The notes below the pieces were generated by a model that saw nothing but the letters and a program-made list of their open reading frames with translations, made no database searches and was not told where the DNA came from. The position numbers and the translations under genes were made by a program. 64,000 bases of DNA from Trichosphaerium sp. ATCC 40318. Taxonomy: Eukaryota > Protista > Tubulinea. Every line of letters starts with the position of its first letter. The stretch's first letter is position 1. The DNA lies in contig JALMLS010000539.1 in assembly GCA_038496445.1 (NCBI GenBank), positions 11,093 through 75,092 of the forward strand. The letters run 5' to 3'. Below, one piece after another: positions 35,894 through 47,958 of this stretch.

Positions 35894-36448
35894 TCACTTT
35901 AAAACAAACTTTACAGTACAGTTATCACCTCCTCCTTGAATGACCAAAATAGTTGATGGATAAGCTTCGCTGTGATTGGATCCAGAATATGGGTTTGAAG
36001 TTGTCAAAACATATTCTCCTCCTGTCTTCACGTTCTTGTACCATACTTTGGCATCAGTAACGCCTGTCATAAATCCGTTACTCTCACATCCATACGCTTC
36101 TTCAGTGTTTGATTTGATTTCAGGAGGAGGAAGAATATCGCTACTCCATACACCTTGAACAGATAGTCAGCAACTGCGAAGAAATGAATTGTCTTTTTGT
36201 TTTGTACCTGAGCCACCTGGGTTATCTTTTGGTTGAGGTGCTTTTATAAGTGTGAGGTCACTTCCTGTTTTATTGACGACCATAACGTCAATACTTCGGG
36301 TAGCTCTACCATCACCAAATAGATTTAGTTTAAACCTATCCAATAGTGTAGTGCCAATATCGACAGCTATTGTTGTCAGTGTTAAAATGTAAAGGTTTGA
36401 TTTACCTTGCTCAGTTGCGAATGCTATTGCTGCTGCTTTGAATGCCAT
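35894..36448 (-). CDS. Aegerolysin/actinoporin-like protein, copy 2 (3 exons)
   Basis: Same exon structure and sequence family as 31298-31867; ESNGFMTG, SNPYSGSNH, QGGGDNCTVKFVLK*. Confidence 0.7.
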
Positions 36449-37403
36449 TTGATTTGATGAGGTGCTTTGTTGCTTGTTTGTTGTTGAATTATTCTGTTAC
36501 TTTTTGAAAAGTGCACAAGAAAAAGTGCGATGAACTGCGAACTATTGACGTCATAAAAACTTACGTTAACTGTGCATGTCCTTTAGAAGAATGAATTCTG
36601 AATAGAGGTTATAATAAAAACCATTCACGAAGAATTACCTGAAAAAAAAATTCTCTAAAATCTTTTATAGTTGTAGTAGCCGCTCAGTAGTGTGTTTTAA
36701 AGTTGGTCATGTAAAAATAATCATTGATGAGAAGTGACATGAGAGGTTGAGCGACAGTCTAACATGAAATACACCCAAATGATGTATTTTTATTTTTGAC
36801 GTTATCTTTTGACGCTGTCACGTGTGTTCAAAAATTTTATCAGTTCGAGATATTTTGGACTTTCACAGTATTACGTTTGTAGGTGGATGCTTTCAAGCTT
36901 TTGCGCTAAAACCTCTTGAAAAAACGTGCGTTCGCAATCACGGAAGTATTGGGTACACATTGCTGGCGTATCTTTTATTTGTAGTTTTCTTTCAAAAAAA
37001 ACTACCTTCTACTTTTAAACGTACTACACAATCTGTATCGTTCATCGTGTTCAATCTTGAGGAATGCCTAAAAAAAATCGTTATTGTAATGCTAAGTGAA
37101 TGAAACAAAACAACAAGGACGTATAGTGTAAACCGGCCAAAGATTCATAGCAAATTGTTAAAGATATTCATCTTTCGTAGCACATTGCAGTTTTTCCTCA
37201 CTTCACTTTTGGCTACTATCAGTTTAACTAGCGGCTCAGAAATTATTTATTCTAAACATCAAGGGTAAAAACACATGCTTGGTTACTGTTAGTTTTTATG
37301 ACGTCAATAGTTCGCAGTTCATTGCACTTTTTCTTGTGCACTTTTCAAAAAGTAACATTATTATTCAACAACAAACAAGCAACAAAGCACCTCATCAAAT
37401 CAA

Positions 37404-37961
37404 ATGGCATTCAAAGCAGCAGCAAAAAAGTTCGCATTAGAGCAAGGTAAATCAAACCTTTACATTTTAACACTGACAACAATAGCTGTCGATATTGGCA
37501 CTACACTATTGGATAGGTTTAAACTAAATCTATTTGGTGATGGTAGAGCTACCCGAAGTGTTGATGTTATGGTCGTCAATAAGACAGGAAGCGACCTCAC
37601 ACTTATAAAAGCGCCTCAACCGAAAGATAACCCAGGTGGCTCAGGTACAAAACAAAAAGACAATTCATCATCACTTCGCAGTTGCTGACTATCTGTTCAA
37701 GGCATATGGAGCAGTGATATTCTTCCTCCTCCTGAAATCAAATCAAACACTGCAGAAGCGTACGGATGTGAGAGTAACGGATTTATGACAGGCGTTACTG
37801 ATGCCAAAGTGTGGTACAAGAACGTGAAGACAGGAGGAGAATATGTTTTGACAACTTCAAACCCATATTCTGGATCCAATCACAGCGAAGCTTATCCATC
37901 AACTGTTTTGGTCATTCAAGGAGGAGGTGATAACTGTACTGTAAAGTTTGTTTTAAGGTGA
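37404..37961 (+). CDS. Aegerolysin/actinoporin-like protein, copy 3 (3 exons)
   Basis: MAFKAAAKKFALEQ-AVDIGTTLLDRFKLNLFGDGRATRSVDVMVVNKTG...-GIWSSDILPPPEI...QGGGDNCTVKFVLR*. Confidence 0.7.
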
Positions 37962-38191
37962 GAACAACACTATCACTCCTACATGACCACGAAAAGTGCT
38001 TGTGAAAGTCAAGTTATCCAAAGAATAAAACACCATCTTTACCACATTGTCGTTTTGTCAGAATAGATTTTTTAATGTAAAGGGAACTGAAGTACCAAGG
38101 CAGATTTCTTGGTAGATGTGAGACTAAATTAACCGCGGCTCGTAATATTCTGAGAACCAATCCACTAACATGGACCTGAAACTTTATTGAA

Positions 38192-39647
38192 TTAGACAAC
38201 CAGCGAAAGAACACATAGTACAGCAGTAGCAACCCATGTCGTAGGATTTCCAGTGGTACTCGCACAGCTAGGAGCAGCTCTAGTTGGAGCAGATGTTGTT
38301 GGAGAAATAGTTGAGTTCATAGAAGCTGTAGGAGTAACTGTTGTTGGAGCACTGGTAGGTACTGAAGGTGCAGTTGTGGTAGACGCCACTGTCGGTGCAG
38401 TAGTGGTTGGAGTATCCGTTGTTGGAGCTGATGTAGTAGGTGGAGGTGTAATACCTGGAAGGAAACGAGCATCCTCTGATACCAAACCATGGAAGGGAGC
38501 TGTTGGTGTAATCTCGAGTGTTATAGTATCGTACAAGTACGAGCTATTTGAAGTACATTGGATGAAGATTCGGGTATCATCATATCTTGCAAATGCTAAA
38601 AGGGGAAAAATAAACACCAACTATAAGAAAACAGTACAAACAATGTACCTCGTGGGCGATCAAATATATCCTGGCATTCGATAGGAAGATCTGTAGAGTT
38701 TTGAGTTTCACAAGCCATTGATGTGTTCGAAGGTATGCTGAGTTTAAGTACTTGAGTATAGGTGGCAGAGTAAAGTGTCCCATTTATTACAGCAACTAAA
38801 ATGTTTTTAGAAAGACATTTACAACAAACTTCCTCAGGTCCTTGTGCGAAGAACAGATTATTATAAAGGTAGTTCGTACTGTAGTCTGCGCTTGGGTTTG
38901 ATGTAACATATGAAGTACACGCCTGTGTAGCCATGCATGTGTTTATATCAAAAGTGTACAAGCCAAGATCAACTGATGTATCAGTAGTACGAAGAGAGCC
39001 GTACATAGTATCTGTTACATAGTCATAGGCTAGTCCAGCGAATATAGTATTATCTAATGGACAACTGGACACCTAAGCATATAAGAATGGTATTGGGAAA
39101 CATGTAGGAAACAAACATACCGGATTGCAGTCACTGATATTGTAGATATCTATTCCTCCCGACCTCATATTGAGAGGCGAGATACTGCTGTCATACCATG
39201 TAGCTATAAGAAGCTGACCATTTGGTAATGGTGAGATAGCTGTGTATTCCGCAAAGTAACTTGAGTTGTAAGCACACTCTACAAAGAAAAGTTACCGAAG
39301 TTGTTCTGAGTTCTTTACGAGAAACTTGGTGGCATAGCTATTGGAGTTTTTCAAAAGTATTTATCCAATTCACAAAAACATCTATTTTACGAACTCTCTT
39401 TGTTTAAGTGCATTGCGAGCAGACCACGCTATATACACACCGGTTCGGAGTAGTCACGTGACTATATTTTTTTATATTGCGTACTGTTTGTCAAGACTGT
39501 TGGATCATTGCGATTAACAATACCAAAGAAGCTCTCTTGGAAAAAATCTCCTTTGAAAGTAATCATTTCATTACGATTCAAACTAAAGGAAGCAACAAAT
39601 GGTATTGCTAAAAGAAACAAGAAGCATGTAGACAAGGTGCTAGCCAT
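38192..39647 (-). CDS. Secreted, probably GPI-anchored surface glycoprotein with Cys-containing beta-rich domain and Thr/Pro stalk, multi-exon
   Basis: Signal peptide MASTLSTCFLFLLAIPFVASFS; FAGLAYDYVTDTMYGS (propeller-like blade); PTTSAPTT stalk; terminal hydrophobic WVATAVLCVLSLVV* with no cytosolic tail. Confidence 0.65.
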
Positions 39648-40055
39648 GACGCGCCAGATTGTTTTTGGTGCTTAACAGAACAAAGCCTAAGTCAAGTTTG
39701 TTAGGGTAAATACTACAAAAAAACAATTAGATCGGAGGTTGTAACTGTTACAAGAATCATTCCTTATAGGAAAAGATGTCAGGCGGAGGTTTATGGGCCC
39801 AAATTGTTATAAAATTTCCGTGTTACTACGTGCTCCATATTTACTACAAAATAAATTTATGGTTACCTAGCAACAGATGTAACTTGCACGGGCCGAACGG
39901 TTTTGAATTTTCAGTGATCAGGTTCGGGAGGTTGCGAGATAATCTGAAAACAAGTAAAAATATGAGATCTCAGTAACACCAAATAACACGTTAAGCACTA
40001 CAAATTTTTTTCTGAGCGATAGTGGAATACTAGTTGACCAAACACTGATTCCAAG

Positions 40056-41435
40056 ATGAACAGCTTACTGAGAGTAAAGGCTATCTTTTTCATGGCTGTT
40101 TGCTGCGTTTTACACTTTTCGGTGTTAATAATTGTACGACAAAACAAGTTAAGCCAGTGTGGTTTTACCGATCTCTAGCACTTGAGTTGAATAATTGCAA
40201 GCTTTGGGGATGAAGCATATAGCATTAACACTTGGTTTTGGGCTTTTTTTGGCTGTAAATGTAGTTGGTCTCGTATATGCTTCTGTGGAACTCCACAGGT
40301 GCGTAACTGGGTATTTTTCGGCGTATTAATCTTGTTTCAAGTCATTATTCGTCGTTAACGCTTCCTCGATCCTTGAGCGACTTGAAGGAGCTTAATAAGT
40401 TTATAGACAAGTTTTCTGGTCCAGAACAAATATTAGTAAGCCTATGGGTAGTGACGTTCATTATTCTGTATCCACTACGCATAGAAACTCTTTTTTAACC
40501 ATTCCTGCCTGTTTTCATATTAAATCTCACCTTAACTATCAGAAAAACCACCTTTGGCATTCCAGGTAAAGAAAAACGCAGAAATACTGAAAACACCGCA
40601 ACATTTAGGATGTTTTAATTCGTTCTGCGCTTAACAGATGCAGTTTTTGCTTAAAATGTTCTTTTAAGGAAGCGTAATGCTTAATATCCTGGTTGGCCGC
40701 TTGTACGGTGTTTATGTGGGATTTATGATTTGCACTACAGTAAGTTTGTTTTTGGGTTTTTTTTTTGGAAATCACGTGATTTTTGTGTTTGGCGTGGTAT
40801 ATTTTAGTTGACCGTTTGTTTGTTTTTTATAGTTGATAGCTGTTGGATTCTGTTGTACTTATATAATGTCGTATTTGTTCTTTGAAGGACTTGTACGAAG
40901 GTATTTTGATGAAAGAATCAAGAAACTTAAAAAAATTGTACGTTCTGGTATTTTTTACCATTTGTTCTACCCTTTTTTCGTTAATTCATTGATTATTCTG
41001 TAGGTAGAAGACAATAGATCAGATTTATTTTATTGGCTCATCTTTGCAAGACTTGCACCAATTGTGGTACAATATTTTTCGAAAAAGCTAAATACATATT
41101 AACACAAGTCCACTGTGATTCTTATTTTGGGGTTAGCCTAATTGGTTCTTGAACATAGCTTCTCCTATAGTGAATGTTCCTTTTATGCAGTTTATGATAT
41201 CATCGCTTATAGGTATAGCACCTGCCTGCTATAGTACGACCTTCTTGTTAAAAATGTAACTAATATTTGTTAAGTTACTACACATGCTGGGTCTCTTCTA
41301 GCTGAAATTCAGTCAATAGAAGAAATAATGAATGTTTGGACAATGTTAAAGATATTAGGAATAGGATGTGTAGCATTGCTGCCAATAGTCATAAAGAGAC
41401 TTCGAAAAACCAAACCTTCAGAAAAAATCAAATAA
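40056..41435 (+). CDS. TMEM41/VTT (DedA superfamily) membrane protein, multi-exon
   Basis: LTLPRSLSDLKEL, KTTFGIPG, LFYWLIFARLAPIVPNWFLNIASPIVNVP..F..SSLIGIAP, AGSLLAEI; closest in pattern to TMEM41A/B. Confidence 0.85.
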
Positions 41436-41865
41436 ATTGTATTTTATCCAACTGCTTGTTCTTCCACAGGTGTTAGTGAATGATACCGATATAATATCAA
41501 GAGACTTAAATGTGCACAACTAGGGTAAAAGGGTTTGATAGTCTCAAAGAATCAAGTTGATGGAAGTTCAAGTTTTTGTTCTTTGAAACGTCTTGCTACT
41601 TTCAGCGCCTGATTCAACAAACTGTAGGCTGGTCTACCCATGTCTTGGCACCATACATGCGAGCTGTTGAGAACCGTTTAATGACTGAACAGCCCTGATA
41701 TTTAGCCTACTTGTTAATGATGTAACTTCAAATTCTGGTACAATGGCCTAGTGTAAGAATGAATACAAAATGAGACTTTCCAAATTTGTTTCAGAGAACC
41801 TCACCTTATCTTCAATCCAAGTAAATCGTTCCAACAAGCACTCACAGTGCTGCCACTGAGCAAAC

Positions 41866-42747
41866 ATGGAATCCAAGCAAGAAGCAAGGGGAAAGCGACT
41901 ATTTCAAGCAACTGACAATAGCAATTTCGCGCTTCCTACGGAAATAGTAGCTGGTATACTTGTTTATACTGACATTTCTCCTGTCAAACTGTTACTTCTC
42001 TCAAAGCGCATTAAAAGTGATTTGGAAGCAAATCCATCGTTTTGGAAGAAAAACTATCGTTCGTTGGTAAAACTAGCACACGAGGCGTCAGAAAAGCCGT
42101 TCAATTCATTATCAATCGATGCTGGCGGTTTTTTCGCTAAAAACTTTACAATAACCGCTACAGGTTTTCTGAGCGTAGAGGAAGCCCCTGATATGAACGA
42201 TATTGATAATGAGCTTGCTCATTACAAGTCACTGTTTCAGAGTTTGTTGTTTGGTCGCCGCTTGGAGAAAATCATTGAAAACAGCATAGATGAAGAGATA
42301 GAGCTCCGAGACATTTTTGGATGTAATTATTGCGAGCCACGTCCTTTCGCTTTCAAGATTTCAAAAGCACGTGATGAAACACCAGATATTAATAAAGCTT
42401 TTCAAAGTGTTTGTGAGGATGGAAAAGTATTTGATGATGAAGACGATAATCTTTTTGATGTATGTGATCATAAAAAGTTTATGGATACTATCAAGGAAGA
42501 GTGTTTAGATGATGATAGTGAAGATGATAATGATAATGATGACGATGACGATGATAGCGAAGACAGGGGTGTAGAGAAAAAATGTTTTCATTCTTTTAAC
42601 AAGCTAATCATTGCACTAATGAATAATCGTGATGATGTTTTACAGTGTGCTAATTATACTGGTGATGAAGTTGCTGTATGGGTACTTCACACAGTGGAAC
42701 CTAAAACGCAAATATTATCTGGAGTTATGCTTGTAATGTCTTTGTAG
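41866..42747 (+). CDS. F-box-like protein with acidic tract, intronless
   Basis: FALPTEIVAGILVYTDISPVKLLLLSKRI...NPSFWK (F-box-like); poly-Asp tract; 293-aa ORF. Confidence 0.65.
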   Translation: MESKQEARGKRLFQATDNSNFALPTEIVAGILVYTDISPVKLLLLSKRIKSDLEANPSFWKKNYRSLVKLAHEASEKPFNSLSIDAGGFFAKNFTITATGFLSVEEAPDMNDIDNELAHYKSLFQSLLFGRRLEKIIENSIDEEIELRDIFGCNYCEPRPFAFKISKARDETPDINKAFQSVCEDGKVFDDEDDNLFDVCDHKKFMDTIKEECLDDDSEDDNDNDDDDDDSEDRGVEKKCFHSFNKLIIALMNNRDDVLQCANYTGDEVAVWVLHTVEPKTQILSGVMLVMSL

Positions 42748-42942
42748 AAATGGTAATACAATAAAATCATTAGTAGTAGAGTGGCCATCGTCTGCTTTGT
42801 TTGGAACACTATAACATCGCACTTTGATTTTGTGGTGATAACAAATACCATCAATTTAGTACTGTGTAAGTCAAGTATTGTCTCGCCCACGTGATGTTGA
42901 TGAGAGAGTGAAAATCCAACAACTACTGATACTTTTTTATTT

Positions 42943-43669
42943 TCATTTGATACAAATGTATGGTATCTCTAAACTACTTTGAGGCAACCATTTCTTTCTG
43001 ACAAATTCGTATTAAATCATGCAATAGCTAGAATCAAAATATTAATTAAAGCAGATAAGTCAAAAAGAGAACATACGTCTTCAATGTTAACGTTGCCTTT
43101 CGCTGAAATCTCAACATGACTACAACCTAAGTTACGTGCTAACAATTCCCCGTGCTCTTTTAAGACTACCCGAGAATCGGAGAGGTCTGTTTTATTGCCT
43201 ACAATGATAGCTGGAGGCGCTCGTTCTTGGTTGTTCCTAAAAGACGTTAACTGCATTTGTTGCTGCCTTGAATACCTTGTAGCGAGTTGGTAGTGTTCGG
43301 TTATTGCGTCAAAGCTGTCTTTGTCCGTTACAGAGTAAACAAAGCAATAACAATCGGCCATTCTGCTAAAGGTATCAAGAAACACGCTAGTTTCGCCTGA
43401 ACACACATCGTGTATTTCGGCCATGACAACTTCACTTTAAAAAGTTAGTACTAGCTTTATATTAGTAATAATACGCACTTATCAACTTCTAGCTGCTTTC
43501 TGTACGATTCTGAAATGGTAGGGTCTAGTTCTGTTACAAACTCGTTTTGTATCCATCTTATAACGGTTGAGCTCTTTCCGACGCCCTCAGAACCGTATAC
43601 AACTATGTTTACTTCTTTTGGTGTTGTGCTGCAACATGATTTTGCTTTACTGCTTTTACTATTCCCCAT
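42943..43669 (-). CDS. Atypical Ras/Rap-family small GTPase, 3 exons
   Basis: MGNSKSSKAKSCC; YGSEGVGKSS (G1), LDPTISESYRKQ (G2), DVCSGE (altered G3), VGNKTDL (G4), EISAK (G5). Confidence 0.85.
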
Positions 43670-44466
43670 GCCAACCAGACAACACAAAGGCCAGTTTATA
43701 TTGGTTTCTATGTACAATAGACGACTGCAGAATGTACAAAAGCCAGTTCTATTTTAAAACTAATTAAGCTTCCAAGAAAAGTTAAGCGTACAATGAGTAA
43801 AGCTCTTTATGCTCTATTCACCTTAAGCAGTAACTGTTTGTCAGCACCTATCATTGCAAATACATTGACACTATTGACAACACCTGAGATTTTTGTCCTG
43901 CCGGTGTAGCGTCACTATGTAGAAATACAAAATAAAAAAAACAAAAAACATTGAGCTTGTTTTAATCTTGGTGCGTATCCACAAAAGAGTCGCCTCCTAA
44001 AATTTATCCACGTGCTTCAAAGAAATTATAGAGTATGTACGCTTAGTAGCTTGCTTATATGGACCTCCTCAATCACTTTTTCTTGTTATTGAGCATTTAT
44101 ATAAGATTGTTACGCCCTACTCTTTTCATTTACATCCTTACCAGCAATGCCCAAAGAGCTATGCCCAGCCAAACATTTGATTATCGTAGCTTTTCATTTA
44201 GAGCAGATTTTACCGAGAATCTGGATGTACAAAGCAACATTAGGACATTTTAACACATTGTCAGGTTCACCTACTGAAACATTGATACTACTTCATCGTG
44301 GCAAAGTGAGATTATGGAAAATTATTCAAATCTCGATGAGTGATCAATTATGACAGATTTTATGTGTCAGGTCAGTTTTGATAAAGATTACGAATTCCAT
44401 AAAGTCAACCACGTGATTTATTATTATTTCTAACTAATACAAGCAACGCAATGAAATAGTATGACA

Positions 44467-44938
44467 TTAGTCCACAACCAATATTGATACCATCATGTCA
44501 GGATAGTTGGAGGAGGAAACAGCTTCCCTCTTTTCTGTCAGTGCCGTAGCAATAAAACCATCCCTTGTAAAGCTTTCTGTTCTTAGCCAGGTTCTACAAA
44601 ACTTAGCACCGTGTACCTCACATAACCATATAGTTTACGTCATTACGTCTATTGACAAACGAGACAGTAAACTTATTTGCTTGTACAGATACTCTAAGCC
44701 CTCGTGACGCATGTACAGTTCCATCAGCTGTCATACGAATAAATAGCTGCTGCTTGGGCGTTGATTGCTTCAGTGTACTTATTTCGTTATCGAGACGAGC
44801 TTGTAGGTCGTGAAGTGCCATTGACATTGGATCAGGCAAACAAGCCTGAAACACATCGTTTTGATCTAAATAGCCAATAGATACTCCACTGTTATCATAA
44901 ATCTGTTTCCAGCCTGTAGGTAGTGTGGTTTCAGACAT
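44467..44938 (-). CDS. Hypothetical protein with WW-like N-terminal motif
   Basis: MSETTLPTGWKQIYDNSGVSIGY; short coiled coil; beta-rich tail; probable second exon ending VSILVVD*. Confidence 0.4.
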
Positions 44939-45177
44939 GTTAAGCCAAAAAATTGACAACTAAAGTTTTTCAAACTTAATAGTTCCTAGGAGGAACTCAA
45001 AAAAAAAACGTGTTCACACTGTTTAACATGTGTTTTATTCAGCAAAAAGTGGCTAGTAGCAATGAGGTCAGGTATTGGCAGCAAGAACATACTCAGTAGT
45101 AAGGATAGGCTCAAATCCTCTGATCTAGTACTAATGAACTACGAAGAATGAATTTATTGTTCCAATTAATCTTATTA

Positions 45178-46256
45178 TTACGCAAATGATGCCTCAACAA
45201 AAAACTCAATACCAAGAGCTTCAACAGCTTCTTTAGTTATTCTACCAATTGAGTGTTCATCAACGCAAATACTCTTTAGATTCTTGAGGTACTTTAAACA
45301 ATCATTTGTCATCAACGACTCTGTAATAGAGAGGTGCTCTACAGTGACCAAATGTTTAAGACCTTCATCACTAATTTCTCTGCAACCAAAGAGAGATAAC
45401 TCCTTTACCTTCTTCAAATGCTTAATACCATCATTTGTAATATCTGCAAGCCATACTGTAATTTCATCAACATGTGTAAGTGCAGCAAGCCATGAATCTT
45501 TTGCTGCACTTCCAACAGTTACGCTTTGTAAGTTTTTGAGCTCTCTTAGTCCTAGTGGTGTAATACAATTACATTCATTAAGAAAAAGTGAACGAGATCC
45601 CTTAAGTGCTCTAAGTGAGGCATCAGTGATATCTGTAAAATGAACAGATATATCAAGTTCAATGTTTCCATTATCTGTTAAAGCTAGCACGCTTTTATCC
45701 GTTATGTTGGTATGACCAAGGTCTATCCTTTTAATACCAACAAGAAATGATATAGATTCATCTGTTATAGCCTTGTTGGACGCTACACTAAGACTTTTAA
45801 GTCCAGTACCAACAAAAAGTTTTACAATATCATCAGTTGCGTCCTTTGGTAATGTCAAGTGTTGAACGCCAATGAGTGCTTTGTATCCCTCCTCTGTTGC
45901 GTGTGTCTTACAGACACGTAAATGGAGTTTACGTACACCGGCTAGACAAAATAAATCCGCATCTGCCAGGTGCTCTGGTCATCACCATCGTGAAACTGGT
46001 TGTCGGTTATAATTATTTCCGTGCTTTTAAGCAGTGGGCTTGACTTAAGCACAGAACAGTCCCAACGCTTGGTTAGGTGTATCACGCCAAAGCCTATATC
46101 ATTGCGAATGATATTATTGAAGCGATGCGATACTTGAGACGCTGTTATACAAGCTTTTCTAGGTAAAAACCGTAGAATCTCTGCTACAGTCTCTCCAGGG
46201 AATTCTAATAGAGTGGCGGATACACTAGGCGCTATTGCACGCTTTTTAGCCGCCAT
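45178..46256 (-). pseudogene. F-box + LRR gene interrupted by a single frameshift near 45975 (pseudogene or sequencing error)
   Basis: Frame 1 LLEFPGETVAEILRFL...RFNNIIRNDIGF stops at 45942; a shifted frame continues EHLADADLFCLAGVRKLHLRVCKTHATEEGYKALIGVQHLTLPKD into the LRR ORF 45178-45858. Confidence 0.75.
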
Positions 46257-47958
46257 TTTATTCTATACGGCGTTAATCGCTCGCTAGATGTACATTACGT
46301 ACCGAAGGTGGCGTTACAGTTTGGTTGCGAACTGAAGAAATGAATAATTGGAAGGACTTTTTTTGACATTCGAACCAAATCGGAGAAATGAATCCCAATC
46401 GATTCAGACAATGTAAAGAAGTTGTCTTTTCTGACATATTTGTACGTATTAAAATTAGCCTGGAAACTTGAGACACGTGGGCAACAGTGTTTTTTACCGT
46501 GAAGAAAAGCTAAAACATGTGCGAGTACGCCATTACAATAGAAGGATGTCGTATTTTTGAGAAGAATGTAGTTGGTGCAACAGCTGCACTCGCAGAAGTA
46601 TAGCCTGTATTCACATCGTGAAAACTAACAATGTCCTATTGAAGCAAAGCAAATCGCTGACATTGATAAAATACAGAAGGGATTGTGAAGTTGATACAAA
46701 GAATCTATCACTCACAGATACAACCAATACATGCCTTCAAAAAAGTGCATCTTGTTGTTTGACCAAACACATTGTTTCTTGTTGATTTACTAACATGAGG
46801 TACTAGACTATAACTGTTTTATATGCCTGTTTTGACCAGGCAAGTGTTAGTACTGTCCATACAATAAATGCAGTGTTTACTGCCATAGTAGCACTTGCAT
46901 TAGTTGGTTTTTCAAAGCACATTACTAGCATTGTTTTACACAATAAACACAACTTTATAGCAACAAGTACAACCAACCATCCTATTAGAATATCGTTTTA
47001 GTTGAGTGTTTAGAAATAGTGCAATGAAGTGGTACACCATAGTAAACTGAAATGAAATTACAATAAAAATTGTAATTTAAGTTTGACCTGAAATAATGCT
47101 AATTCTTGCCAGCTTAAGTGTTTTTCGTAATAGTTTGTGAGCTGACAGGTAACCCACTATAGTACACAAGTTATATTGTTGATTTCCTTATGGAGTACTT
47201 TAATTGTAGGGCAGAAAGTTCGGTGCTTGCTAATGCCATTTATCGGGAAAACTAAACCGTGGTTTTAAGTTTCATCCCACTAAAAATAAAACCCTCGTAA
47301 AACGTGACTAAACATACATGTTGTTTTTAAAAAAATTCCGATACTTGTGGCCACCTCGATACTCAGTACTGAGATCATACCAGTACAAGATAGTGTTGTT
47401 TTTACAGTCCGCTTATCTATTGGCTGAAACGCTAGTTGACATAAAAGACGAATACGTTACAAATGCATACGTGCTATCGACAATAGAGGTTGGTGTCTCG
47501 TAACATAGTGTTATTCTTTGGTGTCACTTTTCAATCAATGGCCTCAATAGATGGAGTTACACAACAAAAAGTTGGTTTTATTTCATTACGGAGGTAGACT
47601 TTAATGTTTAATACAACCATAATGAGCTAGAGTTCCTTGGCGAGTTGAAAGTATCACTGAAAAGAGAAAAATAAAGTATCGGCTTTGAGAGTGTTATTTA
47701 TTATTCTTACGATATATTTCAGCTATAAGCCCATCTGTTTAGTAACCACTCAAGGTTACAATGAAAAGACAAGGAATCTACACTTTCAGACTTTCACCGA
47801 TTCTTTATTGGTCTTCTCAAAGCATATCATGACCACTGCAACCACTTAGATAATATTGTAAATAGAGTAATAATATAGGGTGGGGCTACATTAATTGTTG
47901 CTTGTATGTGCAGAAAGCTATGTGTTTATTCTTAAAATACAAACTATTTACAAAGTTT

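Larger units (their letters stand above)
35826..38029. repeat. Inverted duplication: arms ~35826-36561 and ~37291-38029 around a ~730-bp spacer
   Basis: The arms are near-identical reverse complements, including 5' flank, both introns and 3' flank. Confidence 0.92.

Noticed and set aside
47054-47077. Perfect AT-rich hairpin aaattacaat-aaaa-attgtaattt
   Set aside because: Short, AT-only and isolated; plausible by chance
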